Source: the human T2T-CHM13v2.0 reference genome, Homo sapiens. From it: a DNA stretch of 64,000 nt. Shown one piece after another: positions 19,981-39,063 of the stretch. The translations under genes were made by a program, and so were the position numbers. The notes beneath the pieces were generated by a model that saw only the letters and a program-made list of their open reading frames with translations, was not told where the DNA came from and ran no database searches. Numbering within the stretch: position 1 is the first letter of the stretch; each line of letters opens with the position of its first letter. The stretch lies in assembly GCF_009914755.1 (NCBI RefSeq), contig NC_060931.1, one strand, 5' to 3'.

Positions 19981-20941
19981 TCTTTATCTTATTCTGAGAA
20001 AATGACGCAGTGTGCAGGTACTGTGACAGCAGTCTCCAAGCAGGTGAAATGACTTCTGGAAAAGCCTGAGGTGAGGATGGGGTGGCAGGAGTGGTGCTTT
20101 AGGGCTGCTAACCCCACTGTTTGCAGATTCTCCAGGAGGGGAGGGCCTTGCCATATTTGCCTTCTATCTTAAGGCATGCTTGCACTCAGCTCCACTGGTA
20201 GCCTGGAAATCATTAAGCTCTTGATGCTAGGGGAACCCATCTCTCTCGTCTGATTTAGCAATTCCTGACCATCGCAGTGTCTTGATTCTAGCCTAGCAGT
20301 TTTTGGCTCAGGTTTTAAGGTACTTTACTTCTTTTATGTTTTTGTATAGAAAACTCAGAACGCTGTGCTTATTTGTAAGGGAAAAATTCCAGGTTGTGTG
20401 AATTTGAGCAGCTGTTTATTTGCAGAGCTATGACCTTATCTAGTGTGCCCACTTCCTCCCCTGCAGTATTGGATAGAGGAGTGGTGATCTCCAGTGTGCC
20501 CTTTTGTTTCTAGTATGAAGAACAATTGAAGTTGTGATTTCTTAGATGTAAAGTAGGAATCTCCCAGGGATTTCCCTCATTTGTATCTCATCTCCAGTGG
20601 TGCCTACCGCAGTGCTGTACATAGTAGGTCTTCCATAAATAGTCTTTGGATGAGTCTCGAATTTTTGAACAGACTTCTTTTTTGAACAAACCTCTTTGGG
20701 AGGAAAGCCTTATACTGAAGCATATTTCTCTTCCGTCTCTGCTTTTATGAGCATTCATTATTAAATTAGAAGGAGCCAGATTTTAAATAAACTGAGTTTT
20801 CATTTTCTAGGGATTTCTCTCACTTCGAATTCCATATAATATAGCTTTTAACTGGGCATATGTTCTAGCAGCTTTACATTGGCAGGGGGCTGCCCTAACT
20901 GCATTTATTTGCTGCTTTTACAGCAGGTACCTCCATAGTCA

Positions 20942-21411
<470 letters not shown>

Positions 21412-21919
21412 TACTTTGGATCAGAAAGGGATTGGAACCAAGCCTCACTTCCCTTTTCATTGGCAAATACATTTGTCATGAGGTAGAGGCTGGATATTGA
21501 ATCTGCAAGCCCTCTTTTGTTCCTTCCCCTGGGTAGCAATGCGTGATTTCTCCTGGATCACCTGCTCTAAAGCAGGTCTCTAAAGTGATACCTGAGTGAG
21601 GGAGACGGGCCGGCAGCAGAGCTCTCTGGTTCTGTCTGTACCATGTTTGCTTGATTTTAAGAACAAGCAGTTGAAGTGCTGTTTTCTAAATGAAGAGACT
21701 CTTTACCCACGAGTTTGCGTATGCATACGCACACACCTCTTCTGTTCAAGCCCAATGTGTATTTAAAGCATGGGTCTTTCTGGCTTAATGCTCTTTGAGG
21801 CCTTTTAAATTATTTATATACCTGTACGTACCGGACTGTGGGCTTAACAAGAGTGAGATAAATAGCATTGTATCTTGGAGAAGTTACTCCTGTTTATTAC
21901 TTCTCCCAAAAATGATGGG

Positions 21920-21934
21920 GGAAGGTCAGATTCT
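21920..21934. repeat. Left target-site duplication of the L1-plus-transduction insertion (GGAAGGTCAGATTCT)
   Basis: Identical 15-mer at 28436-28450; directly followed by a poly(T) run. Confidence 0.92.
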
Positions 21935-22412
21935 TTTTTTTTTTTTTCTTGTGCTTAGTGCCAAATTTTATTTTTCTTTGGAAGACTGACATTAAACGTG
22001 AGAAAAACAAAGGATAACAAAAATTATCTTTATTTTCAAAATAACTTTACTAAACTATACTGATTACAAATAATACAGTCTAATGAAAACAAAGCCACTT
22101 AAAAAAGTTTAAAGAAGACATGTATGTGTAATTTTCTCATATAATTAACACTTTAAATTATTTTACAGAGTGTCATTTTAGAAATGGGTTGATACTATTT
22201 TGAATTATAGAATTAAAGTATGATCAGCATCTAATACAAAAACATACAATTAGATATTTTCTATTTTTCTGCTTTTAACTATTATTTAAGAATTTAATCT
22301 TTTTAGATTAGCCATCAGGGAAAATATATAGAATCACGGTATTCATTTATTATGTATATGAGGAAATTAACACCTTTATAATAACTCTCATGCTTTTTTC
22401 CTGAAAATTTTC
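21935..22412 (-). mobile_element. L1 3'-transduced segment (~465 bp) with its own AATAAA and second poly(A) tail
   Basis: Poly(T) 21935-21947, TTTATT 21967-21972, non-L1 AT-rich sequence up to the L1 poly(T) at 22413-22424; all inside the TSD pair. Confidence 0.88.
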
Positions 22413-22628
22413 TTTTTTTTTTTTAATTATACTTTAAGTTTTAGGGTACATGTGCACATTGTGCAGGTTAGTTACATACGTATACATGTGCCATGCTGGT
22501 GCACTGCACCCACTAACTCGTCATCTAGCATTAGGTATATCTCCCAATGCTATACCTCCCCCCTCCCCCCACCCCACAACAGTCTCCAGTGTGATATTCC
22601 CCTTCCTGTGTCCATCTGTTCTCATTGT

Positions 22629-26479
<3,851 letters not shown>

Positions 26480-26518
26480 TCATTAGTTGATGCAGTTTCT
26501 TCCTAGTCTCGATGGTCT

Positions 26519-27535
26519 TTACATTTTGGCATGATTTTGCAGCGGCTGGTACCGGTTGTTCCTTTCCATGTTTAGCGCTTCCTTCAGGAGCTCTTTTAGG
26601 GCAGGCCTGGTGGTGACAAAATCTCTCAGCATTTGCTTGTCTGTAAAGTATTTTATTTCTCCTTCGCTTATGAAGCTTAGTTTGGCTGGATATGAAATTC
26701 TGGGTTGAAAATTCTTTTCTTTAAGAATGTTGAATATTGGCCCCCACTCTCTTCTGGCTTGTAGGGTTTCTGCCGAGAGATCTGCTGTTAGTCTGATGGG
26801 CTTCCCTTTGAGGGTAACCCAACCTTTCTCTCTGGCTGCCCTTAACATTTTTTCCTTCATTTCAACTTTGGTGAATCTGACAATTATGCGTCTTGGAGTT
26901 GCTCTTCTCGAGGAGTATCTTTGTGGCGTTCTCTGTATTTCCTGAATCTGAACGTTGGCCTGCCTTGCTAGATTGGGGAAGTTCTCCTGGATAATATCCT
27001 GCAGAGTGTTTTCCAACTTGGTTCCATTCTCCCCATCACTTTCAGGTACACCAATCAGACATAGATTTGGTCTTTTCACATAGTCCCATATTTCTTGGAG
27101 GCTTTGCTCGTTTCTTTTTATTCTTTTTTCTCTAAACTTCCCTTCTCGCTTCATTTCATTCATTTCATCTTCCATCGCTGATACCCTTTCTTCCAGTTGA
27201 TCGCATTGGCTCCTGAGGCTTCTGCATTCTTCACGTAGTTCTCGAGCCTTGGTTTTCAGCTCCATCAGCTCCTTTAAGCACTTCTCTGTATTGGTTATTC
27301 TAGTTATACATTCTTCTAAATTGTTTTCAAAGTTTTCAACTTCTTTGCCTTTGGTTTGAATGTCCTCCCGTAGCTCAGAGTAATTTGATCATCTGAAGCC
27401 TTCTTCTCTCAGCTCGTCAAAGTCATTCTCCATCCAGCTTTGTTCAGTTGCTGGTGAGGAACTGCGTTCCTTTGGAGGAGGAGAGGCACTCTGCATTTTA
27501 GGGTTTCCAGTTTTTCTGTTCTGTTTTTTCCCCAT
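26519..27535 (-). pseudogene. L1 ORF1 with nonsense at codon 49
   Basis: ATG GGG AAA AAA CAG at 27535; GGC TTC AGA TGA (stop at 27389-27391, CpG-type CGA>TGA); rest open to ...NHAKM*. Confidence 0.93.
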
Positions 27536-28434
27536 CTTTGTGGTTTTATCTACTTTTGGTCTTTGATGATGGTGATGTACAGATGGGTTTTTGGTGTGGA
27601 TGTCCTTTCTGTTTATTAGTTTTCCTTCTAACAGACAGGACCCTCAGCTGCAGGTCTGTTGGAATACCCTGCCGTGTGAGGTGTCAGTGTGCCCCTGCTG
27701 GGGGGTGCCTCCCAGTTAGACTGCTCGGGGGTCAGGGGTCAGGGACCCACTTGAGGAGGCAGTCTGCCCGTTCTCAGATCTCCAGCTGCGTGCTGGGAGA
27801 ACCACTGCTCTCTTCAAAGCTGTCAGACAGGGACATTTAAGTCTGCAGAGGTTACTGCTGTCTTTTTGTTTGTGCCCTGCCCCCAGAGGTGGAGCCTACA
27901 GAGGCAGGCAGGCCTCCTTGACCTGTGGTGGGCTCCACCCAGTTCGAGCTTCCCAGCTGCTTTGTTTACCTAATCAAGCCTGGGCAATGGCGGGCGCCCC
28001 TCCCCCAGCCTCGCTGCCGCCTTGCAGTTTGATCTCAGACTGCTGTGCTAGCAATCAGCGAGATTCCGTGGGCGTAGGACCCTCCGAGCCAGGTGCGGGA
28101 TATAGTCTCCTGGTGCGCCGTTTTTTAAGCCCGTCGGAAAAGCGCAGTATTCGGGTGGGAGTGACCCGATTTTCCAGGTGCCGTCCGTCACCCCTTTCTT
28201 TGACTCGGAAAGGGAACTCCCTGACCCCTTGCGCTTCCCAAGTGAGGCAATGCCTCGCCCTGCTTCGGCTCGCGCACGGTGCGTGCACCCACTGACCTGC
28301 GCCCACTGTCTGGCGCTCCCTAGTGAGATGAACCCGGTACCTCAGATGGAAATGCAGAAATCACCGTCTTCTGCGTCGCTCACGCTGGGAGCTGTAGACC
28401 GGAGCTGTTCCTATTCGGCCATCTTGGCTCCTCC
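27536..28434 (-). promoter_or_regulatory. L1 5' UTR: internal sense promoter, antisense promoter, YY1 site, CpG-rich
   Basis: Intact YY1 motif (GCCATCTTGG, 28418-28427); many retained CpGs ~27980-28420. Confidence 0.8.
27987..28295 (+). CDS. L1 antisense ORF0-like frame, 102 aa (MAGAPPPASLPPCSLISDCC...)
   Basis: ATG in strong context GCAATGG; N-terminus matches primate L1 ORF0; open to TGA at 28293-28295; expression not shown. Confidence 0.6.
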   Translation: MAGAPPPASLPPCSLISDCCASNQRDSVGVGPSEPGAGYSLLVRRFLSPSEKRSIRVGVTRFSRCRPSPLSLTRKGNSLTPCASQVRQCLALLRLAHGACTH

Positions 28435-28435
28435 A

Positions 28436-28450
28436 GGAAGGTCAGATTCT
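28436..28450. repeat. Right target-site duplication (GGAAGGTCAGATTCT), followed by AA
   Basis: Identical to 21920-21934; TTCT/AA resembles the L1 endonuclease TTTT/AA nick site. Confidence 0.92.
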
Positions 28451-29446
28451 AACTAATTTCCATGGACTGTTATGTAAGAACACAGGAATTAGATTTTTAA
28501 TACTTAGGTTGGAATTCAGGCATTCAGTCAAATGCAATGTGGAGTTACTTCAGAGAGGCTATCTGCCTGGCTTCTGCAGGAGTCCACCACCTTAATATTG
28601 CCCAACAGCTCATAATAGCAAAATGGTGGATATAGATGGTGTTCCAGAAAAGGAATTCATCACCAAGTCTAAAGAACATGGAAATAATCTTACTGTTTTC
28701 ATGAGCTGGTACTAAAGATGTCAGACGTCTCAAGTTCTTTGTGATAAGAACTTGCAAAATCGTTTTTTTCATTAGAAGTCACATGAAGTAGATTCATTCT
28801 AGACCTTTATTTACTACTCCCTTAACCAGTGTAATTGCAGGGTAATGGCAGCAACTGTCTTAGTCAGTGGAGTCTATTCCTTGAGAGGGCTGGATGCCCT
28901 AGAGATAAATCCAAATTATCTCTGGTTATAGTTGCCCTGAAATGAACCTTCTTTCCCAAAGGAAAACTATTATCTGTATCTCTTGGGCTGGGCTAGGATG
29001 GAGAGGCTTTGAGAGCATTGCTTGCACCGGCATCTTTGCTGATAGTCTGACAATGTTTAAGGCAGGTGTTTGTGGCATTTGGCCAACACCAAAGTGAAAT
29101 TTAGTTGAAGATTCAGTAAGTAAGTGGATGACTAATTTTGCTGTGCCTCAATGTTCGCCTGTTGTTGCCTGTTCAATAATTCTTGGTTATTGAGCTGCCT
29201 CTAAGCAGTAATTTAGTTAAGGCTGTGTGGATATCTGGAGGACTGTCTCCTCTAGAAATTGGGATGTGATTTGGGAGTATCACCAGGGGTTGCCTGAGAG
29301 GCGCAGCCTGCAGCTTCGCCCTCTTGGCTAAGAGCCCCTTCACTTTTGCTGGCAACATGCCCCCCTCTTGCTGGATGGGCTATCTTCCTTTCGTGTTGAA
29401 GGACACACCTTTGAAAATTTGTTGCCTCAGTAAAAGATGTTGGGGC

Positions 29447-29597
29447 AGTGGTTCTCAACCCTGGCTGCACATTAAAGTAACTTGAGCTTTAAAAAAAAAC
29501 TCATGTCTGGGCTCCTCCTTAAACCAATTTAATGAGTTGAGGGTGGAGCCTGGGCATCAGTATATTAAGTCTCTTAGGAGAAGCACCACTACCACTG
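29447..29597. mobile_element. MER5A-like fragment
   Basis: CAGTGGTTCTCAACCCTGGCTGCACATTA...GGGTGGAGCCTGGGCATCAGTAT. Confidence 0.6.
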
Positions 29598-30244
29598 TTG
29601 CACCTTGTGAACTTTCTAGCTGTGTGAAAGGCTGGACCCATTGCTCTCTCAAAAGGGGTTTCCTCTGAGAATATGAATGTGTAGGACATTGTATCCAGTG
29701 AGACAGTTAGAGAAGTAGATGTGAGAGTGGGGAAGTGAGCAGTAGGATTTCTGTTTTCCCGGGGAATTTTAGGGAACCTTATTCTTGCTGGATGAGGGTA
29801 GTGGTGCCAAAGAGCAGAGGGGTGCTGTGAGCTCTGGGCCAGAAATAAAGTAAGCTGGCTTCTTGTCCTGACTCTTCTAGTGTCTGAACTTAATGATAGT
29901 TTCAGGAACTTGAGGCTAGGAAGAGAGAGCCCTTCTCTCTTTGGGAGCCAAAGCTCTCTGCACTCCTTTTTTTAATGTGCAAGACTTAGTGCACAAGTGA
30001 GCCTGCATAGAATTTGCCAGCCTATGCCTGCGTTTGCTGGGTCTTAAAACTCAATCACCAATAATTAGCACAAAAGCAGTTATGCTAACGAAAACAATTT
30101 AGGCAAATTGAAAGCTTTTTGGGCTCATCAAAACTCACTGTTCTGCATCTAAGTGTGAACTAATTGATAGAGAGATTAAGTACAGTGAAATTGTGGGAAA
30201 GAAAAAACCCACTGGCAAGCTTTAGAAAGTCTTTTGTTTTTTAA

Positions 30245-31340
<1,096 letters not shown>

Positions 31341-33141
31341 TCTTTCCCTGCAGGGCAGCTCTACATTCTGTATTTTGGTATAAAAATTGGCTTAGTTAGA
31401 AATGGCTACTCACACACAACTCACCCCTTGGCTCAAGCCCCACGTCTGTACTCTGCAAAAGGCCTGCAGCCACTGAATGGTTGGGCACGAAGGCAGGTTT
31501 CCAAACTTAATAGAGTGGTGCCCTTTTTGAAGGAAACAAGACATCAAAAGCCTCTGTAGTACACTCGGAGTCCTCATGTTGAGAAACTTTAGCTAATGTT
31601 GTATATTTACCCTAAGACCATCTTCCATTTGACACCAAAAAAAGAGGTAACTGGTAAGCATTTTTAAAGATTATCACTAAAATAAAAGTAAATTTAAAAA
31701 TCTTTATAACACTGGTGGACTCTGAGAAGAGGTTCCATGCAGAGAAACTATAAGACTTCAAGGTCTTTTAGGGACAAGAGTTCCTGGGCTGGTCAAGGCA
31801 CCCTGAAAGGAACAGTATCACTGGGTAACTGGTATTGGCATTTCGGGGTTGGACCAGATGTGGCCCTGCCTTCGAGCCCTTTACGACCTGACGGTGAGGC
31901 CTAACCTCACATACAGTGAGGGTGGCCATGGAGGAGGCTTGGCCCTGGGCCTAGAAAGGTGACGTCGCCCCGTGCAGTGGTGAGGTGGGTCCTGTGGGAC
32001 ACACGGCGAGCGCAGGGCCTCGTGAGCACTCCTGCAGCCTGTTCACATGTGGGTCCGTGCCTCCCAAGATGTGTTTCAGGGCCTGGGGTGGGGCATCTAA
32101 AACACAGCCAGGCCTAAGCACCACCAACTTAGGGAATTCTTGCTAGCTAAATTAGAGTGTTTTAGTTTTATCTTGATGTTAGGGGTTTATAAACTTGGGT
32201 CTGTAGTTCCTTCAAGGATTTCTGTGGAGGTGTCATTGCTCTATTTATACCCAACTGTGTTTTTCTAGGGGAATGGATCTATCCCATCTCCAAGGGGTCA
32301 GCTGCCCAAATGAAGTCCAGGTCTGATTGCAGGTCATGGGGGCCTCTTTCCAGATTGAGCTCCTTTATGGGGAACCCCACCAGCATTGGCACCTCATTTC
32401 TTCAGATGCAAAGATCTTCACATTCAAGTCTGCAATGAAGGGGGAGGGGGGTGGCCCAGAATCTTTCAAGCTGAAGGATGAGATGGATCTGGAGACACCA
32501 GGCTGAGGTGTTAATTTGCTTAGGAATTGGGGGCCTCCATAGAGCACACGTGGAAAGTCCCTGAATGGCCAGAGGGAGTACGGATTCCCTTGTAATTGCA
32601 GGTACAGCATTTGGGCCGAGCAGGAAGCACAGGGAAAACAGGTGGCTGCATGATCGCTCATGGGCCCCCCACTGGCCTTCCCCAGAGAACACCAGACTGG
32701 AACTGGGGTTGAAGGAAGAAATGACGAGTCTTAGAATTTCTCCACCTTCCTGGGTGGAAGGGCCTCTGTGGGGATTCGTGATGCTGGATTGTTTATCATG
32801 GTTGGGCCTTAGAGAGCTAGAGGGGGCCTTACTTGGCACTCTACAGAGCTAATTAAGAAGCACAATTAATTACTTCATCATATTCACAGCAGAAGCTGAG
32901 GACAGTTTTTTTCTGGAACCGGAATCATAAACTACTTGCCCCTGCTCAATCACTTGTCCACCAAGCAGACACTGAGATGGAACTCAGGACATCACCTCAG
33001 AAAATCCTTTCTACTCAGGTTCTCCTTCCAAAGTGCGGTAGCTAACGTTCAGAATTTCCTATGGATCTGGCTTTCATCATTCATTTATCCAAGTAGCGTC
33101 TGTGGCCCCTGCTGTGTATGCAGACAAATATGGGGTTTAAG

Positions 33142-33262
33142 TAGGGTGATCATATAATTCATTGTTCAGACCAGGATTCGTGAGAGTGAAAGGTATGCTA
33201 TTAATTACATGAGGTCACAGGAATCATCCTGGACTAACGGGGGCAAACCATGTCTCATCCCA
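33142..33262. mobile_element. MER81-like hAT MITE
   Basis: TAGGGTGATCATATAATT...GAGAGTGAAAGG...GGCAAACC pattern. Confidence 0.5.
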
Positions 33263-34010
33263 GCTTAGAGAACTGCTGAAGAGCAGCCTGCGTCCAATGC
33301 CAGTGGGAAGTCGAGAGCCATTGAGGCCTGGGGCCCCTTGGGGTGAGGTTAATCTGGAGACAGCTGCAGGAGAGTCTGCAGGGTGTGATAGAGGCCCTCC
33401 GGCTCCCATCTGCTGTCACTCATGTGAAGTAGAGAAGAGGTGATGCCCTCTGTCTGGGACTGGCCTCTGGGCTCTGGTAAGGGTAGGGTATGGAGCCACA
33501 GACAGATTTCTCCCGCTGTGCAAAGCCAATAGATCTCTGGGACTTCTTTGTGCCTTTGGTCATTCTTGTGGGTTAACCAGCTCTGGGTGGGACAAATAGG
33601 AAAGGCTGGTTTATTTAATGAATGTTTCTAGGGTTTCTCCTGAGTGCAGAACTCTTGCTGTGGGCCTAAGAAACAGCACATGCCCCCTGGAATGACCAGC
33701 CCAGCAGTGGAGTCTGTGGAGACTGCTGAAGGAGCCCCTAGAGGGGACATTTCTGACTAATGCATAGGTTTTGCCGGGTGATGGTTCTGTGACGAGGGAG
33801 GCCTGCTGCAGCGCTGTATGGGAGGGCCCCGAGGCCTAAACAAACAAATACCTAAGAGGAAAATCTGGCAGAAACTCAGTCAACACAGGGCAGTGATGCC
33901 CTCTGCCCATTCCTCCTGCTAATTAACATGTCTAAGTGGCACAGCCCCCTCAGGAAAATTAACGGCACCTTCGAGGCAGAGCCTGGAAGCCATCCTGGGC
34001 ATATTGATGA

Positions 34011-34436
<426 letters not shown>

Positions 34437-37230
34437 TGAAGCGTGTGGATTCCTAGACCCCACCAAGTATGACTTCTGAAGCCTGCTGTGCAACATGCCA
34501 CCCGGTTGCTTCCAGGTGTGCTCTCAGAACAGGGGGCCGGGCTCCCTGGCTGAAGGGGTCCCCCTGCTTCAAGCCCCTCCTATGCTCTCGGCCACCCCAG
34601 CCACTTGTTCCACCTGAGGCACAGCTGTTTACCACCAAACCCTCCCCGACCCTGGCTGAAATGTCACTCTAGGGAAGAACTCCCATTGGGCCTCCCAGCC
34701 CTAGGCCTGCCTCCATGACCCATGACGTGTGCAGGGGATACTTTGTTCTCCTGAGCGTGCCATTTTCTAGTCCCTTCACCTGTCCCTCATAGGACAGCTC
34801 CCTTCCCGTCCAGCTGCATCAGCACACGTCCCCCACCTGCCCAGGGCTTCTGAAGATGCTGGGGAAAGCACAAGCGGCACAGTTGGGCCTCTTTCCCTAT
34901 TCTGTTTTTGGGGCATCTGGAGATCCGGGCCTGCATGGGGGTGAAGGGGAAAGAAGTGGGGAGGGCAGCTGAGGTCCTTGTGCCTAGAAGCCAGCTGGCT
35001 TGGGGCCACTGTGGGCATGGACTAGGAGATGGACAGGGCAGGGGGCTGGGGGCAGGCGCAGGCTGCAGGAGCCGATGTGTCTTTTGCCTGCCTTTTCCTT
35101 GTGCTGTTCTCAACCAGATTATGAGTTTCTTGAAACAGGAAACTTGTCTTTCTGTTACTTCCATATCTGGCACACCCTGGTGTTCTGTGAATGGGAAATG
35201 ATGGAGGAAGGTGCGTGCGCCTCCCTCTCTGGGTCTGTGCGTGTGTTCCTACAAGTCTTTCTGTGTCCCTGCCCTTGTGTCATTTCCATCTGGGCCTCCC
35301 TCTCTGTGGCCGCGGGAATGTCGGCCTCCATCTCTAGGGAAGTCTATATGCTGAAGGGACTTTCTGCGAGTGCCATCCCTCACAGGTCTTGAGGCTTCAG
35401 GCCCTCAGGTAGCACCTCCACCATGGGCACTCCCAGCAGGGGACTGGGAGAGAAATGCCGTCCCTGCCATTCACCTCCTGCCCCACAGATGTTCCACCAC
35501 TCGCCACTCCTGCCGCCGTGTGTCATTTACCAGCTTGTACCCCAGCAGGTACTTTCTAGCCGCACTTTGATGATGACCCAGGGACTTGGAGCTGTGCTGG
35601 GGTCAGGGCTCTGCCTGTTACTCTCTCTTGGAGTGGGGCCAAGAGGCTGGTGTGAGGACCTGTGGCTGGTTCAGGTCTTCCCCAGTTGTGTAAATCAGGG
35701 TGGGTGAAAGGGTTAAACAGGGACCCTAAGGGCCTCCAGGATCTGGGTGCTGGAACTTGCCTGCTACGGAGAAGGAGAGTCTGCTAATGAGGCCACTTTC
35801 CAGGAAGGCCAGCTCCACGAGGTGCTGCCAGCGCCGAAGCAGATGCTAATGAGGACTGGCTTGGCTTAAGGAACAGGTGCCTAACGAGCTTAACAAGTAG
35901 GGACCCAGAGAGATGGCCTAATGGCTCTGGTGGCATTTTAAGGATAGAGCTCAGTGGGAGCCACAACCAGGAGACGGAGTAATGAGGGATTCAGGGCTGG
36001 GGTTGGATCAAGGAGGAGCCTCCTCTGAACTGGAGAGAGAGCATATCGAAGTGCCTGCTGAACAAAGGTTAGCAACTTTGATGCTCTTCCTGGTGTTGGC
36101 CTTGGCAGGCCTGGCCTCCCAGCAGGGATCACAGGCCCTTGGTCCCTCCAGGGAGCAAAGGACAGTTGGCGTAATGAGCCGGGGGCTGCATTAAGAAGCA
36201 GTGATGAATGCCTGGGACTTGGTGCCAGGCTCTGCAGCGTCTGCTCCGATAAGCACTTGTTCACAGCCTCATCTGGCCACAGAAATCTCCAAGTGGCCTC
36301 TTGGGGGCCAAACCATTTGCGGCTCCTTGTTCTACAAGAGCCCTGATGATGCTAATGGATGCGGCCATCATGCTGCCACTGGGTATGCAGTAAGACTTTC
36401 TAAGATACCCTGAGTTCTGAGTTCTGTCACTTGAGAAAATAAAATCAGGGTGCCCCAACCTCCCTGCCCTCTTGACAAGAGAAGCAGGGCTCACACTTAA
36501 CCTGCAGTGCATTCCCACACAGCTGGTGGTGAAAAATGGAATGAGCTGATGACATGGGCGCCCAAAGCCTACTGCAAGTCAGATAACGTTCAGTTCATCT
36601 TTTTCAGCCAAATTGAAAGGACACTTAATTAAACAGCCAGCTGATAGGTCATTTTTGGTGACAGATCACTATGCAGTTTTGACTGTACATCTCAGCAAGA
36701 GTATAGAGAATTGACTATCTGGAGTGCCAGATCATCTACTGAATTGAAAAGGCTTCTCAGCACACCCCACTATAAACAATAAAACATTAAAAAAGAAAAG
36801 AATTGATGCTGAGTCCTGATTTATTCTAGCAATAAATATTCACCTGTAGATTCATGAGCCATTAACTTCCTATCCATTTCATTAAGCTGTGTTTTCAATA
36901 CATTTTCCTTTTTAGGTTTAACTAGTTACTTATAAAAACTTTAGGTATCTATGTTGTTTTAATCAGTGGCTTACTGTATTTTGTATCAAAAAATAATTGT
37001 AATAATTCAACCCAGAAGATTATTTTAAAATCCCTTGAAACTTTGGTCATAGAAAATGAAATATTTTAATTTTCATTCATACATATATTGTGTGGCAGAG
37101 AAGTATGACAAAGTGAGCAATAAAACACTTTCAGCCATAAAAGTAATGCATTAGTATAAAATTCTATAGGGCAATGGAATGAAGCTACACATTAAAGAGG
37201 AAAGAAACAATGTAACATTTCCCACAATTA

Positions 37231-37491
<261 letters not shown>

Positions 37492-37569
37492 TTAAAATAG
37501 ATGAGGGTGGGTGTTAAATCACCATGGTGATCAGAATTCATTTGATGTATTTTAAATTGTTGCAGCAGT

Positions 37570-37575
37570 TTTATT
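37570..37575 (-). terminator. CRHR2: CRHR2 distal poly(A) signal (AATAAA on -)
   Basis: TTTATT on +, ~1.5 kb downstream of the stop codon. Confidence 0.6.
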
Positions 37576-38200
37576 TAAAAATGTAAATATTTACAAAATG
37601 GCAGAAATCACACCTTTGAAGGATTTAAAACTTAAGTAAAAAATACTACATGTCAACTTAAAAATGTGCAAGACGGGATACATGATTTTTCAAAACTTAT
37701 TTTTGTAGGGGGTACCTAGAGCATTGGTTTCTTTTGGAAGAAATGGCCTGATGCTTCTCTCTCCCTGACTCCTGCGGCTCCGCTGCAGGGACACAGGGAC
37801 GGAAGCCAAGCCTGGAAGCTGCCCTGGTGGTCAACTGAGGGGCCATGTCTACCCTGCCCACCAGATTCCAGAGCCTTGGCCTTTGGGACAGGCCCTGGCT
37901 TGCTGGATGAGCTGCACACCTCCTCCAGGCTGAATCAAGCTGCCCTTGGTTGGGGGCTGGGGCCAGGTATTAGCCTGGTTGGAGTGATAAGGGACAGACC
38001 CGCCTGCAGGTGCTTTGACCATAAAGACTCCAAACCTACCAGAGGTCAGAGAGAGAGAGAACTGGCCCGAGGCCAGGGCCCGAGCCCACTAAGGAAGATG
38101 GATGTGGCCCCCTCAGACCCAGCCACGATCCTTGGCCCACACCACTCTTCGGGTGCCTGGGTGACTTGACCTGAGGGGAGGCCACTTCCAAGAGGCATGG

Positions 38201-38206
38201 TTTATT
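38201..38206 (-). terminator. CRHR2: CRHR2 proximal poly(A) signal (AATAAA on -)
   Basis: TTTATT on +, ~860 nt downstream of the stop codon. Confidence 0.65.
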
Positions 38207-39063
38207 TCACAGAGAGCAGAGATGTTTCTGAAGGGGAGACTGGAGGGCAAAGGGCAATGGGGTATGAGTTTCAATCACTGAAGACATGGTTGGTTTCTGC
38301 TATTCCCATCCCACGCCTCCCTCCTCCATGCCTCTGCTCCTCATTTTGCCCCGCACGATGCAACTGGTTGACTAAGGATGTGGCTTCCCTGATGGCGTCT
38401 TCCTTGATTGCCTAATCTGTGGACTAGGCAGAGAAGGGGTCTCCCAAGAGAGGAAGCCAGGCCTGGAAGCCTGCATCCTTCATGGAGCCCCCAAGGCGGG
38501 AGGATGGCTGGGGAGGGGACACAGGAACAAGGGTGGGGTACAAGTGAGCCTCTCTAGGTGACAGCCCCTGGGATAAGGCAGCCAAACTGATCCTTTGCTG
38601 GCGTACCCCACCCAACTGCAGGGGCACCACTGAGTGTGGAGGCCAAGGGCCAGTGCAGGGCCACACCATTGCCTGGCTGCTGGCTCCATGAGTAGGGCAG
38701 GGGAGCCCTGTGTCTGCTACTATAAATAGCTGTGTGTGTTGGACAGGTCCTTCTCTGCTCTGGGCCCAGTAAGGCCCTGGCCAGAGAGGCTGGGATGGGC
38801 AAATGCCTGCAGACATCTGACTGGCTCTTCTCAGGGGGTCCTGTGAATTCCCTCTGCTTCCTCTTGCGCTGAGCCTGGTGGCCCCCACTCATCCCTGTCC
38901 CTTGCAGTCCCCCTTGGCTGCCGCACCCCCTCTTTCCTGCCAGGCTGGAGAGCTGGTCTCTCCCCTCCCATCTCCTGCCCCACGAGAGCCTGCCCAGCAC
39001 AGAGAACCCAGAGGAAGAAGGTGGAGGAGGACAGGGGAGCTGTGCAGGTGGGCGACCGAGGGG

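Noticed and set aside
22381-22424. L1 apparently lacking a TSD (insertion-mediated deletion)
   Set aside because: The TSD was found ~480 bp further out (21920-21934), beyond a second poly(T), which fits 3' transduction.
29355-29376. CTCF-like motif (CCAGCAAGAGGGGGGCAT on -)
   Set aside because: Spacing does not fit the core consensus well; cannot be supported without PWM scoring or ChIP data.
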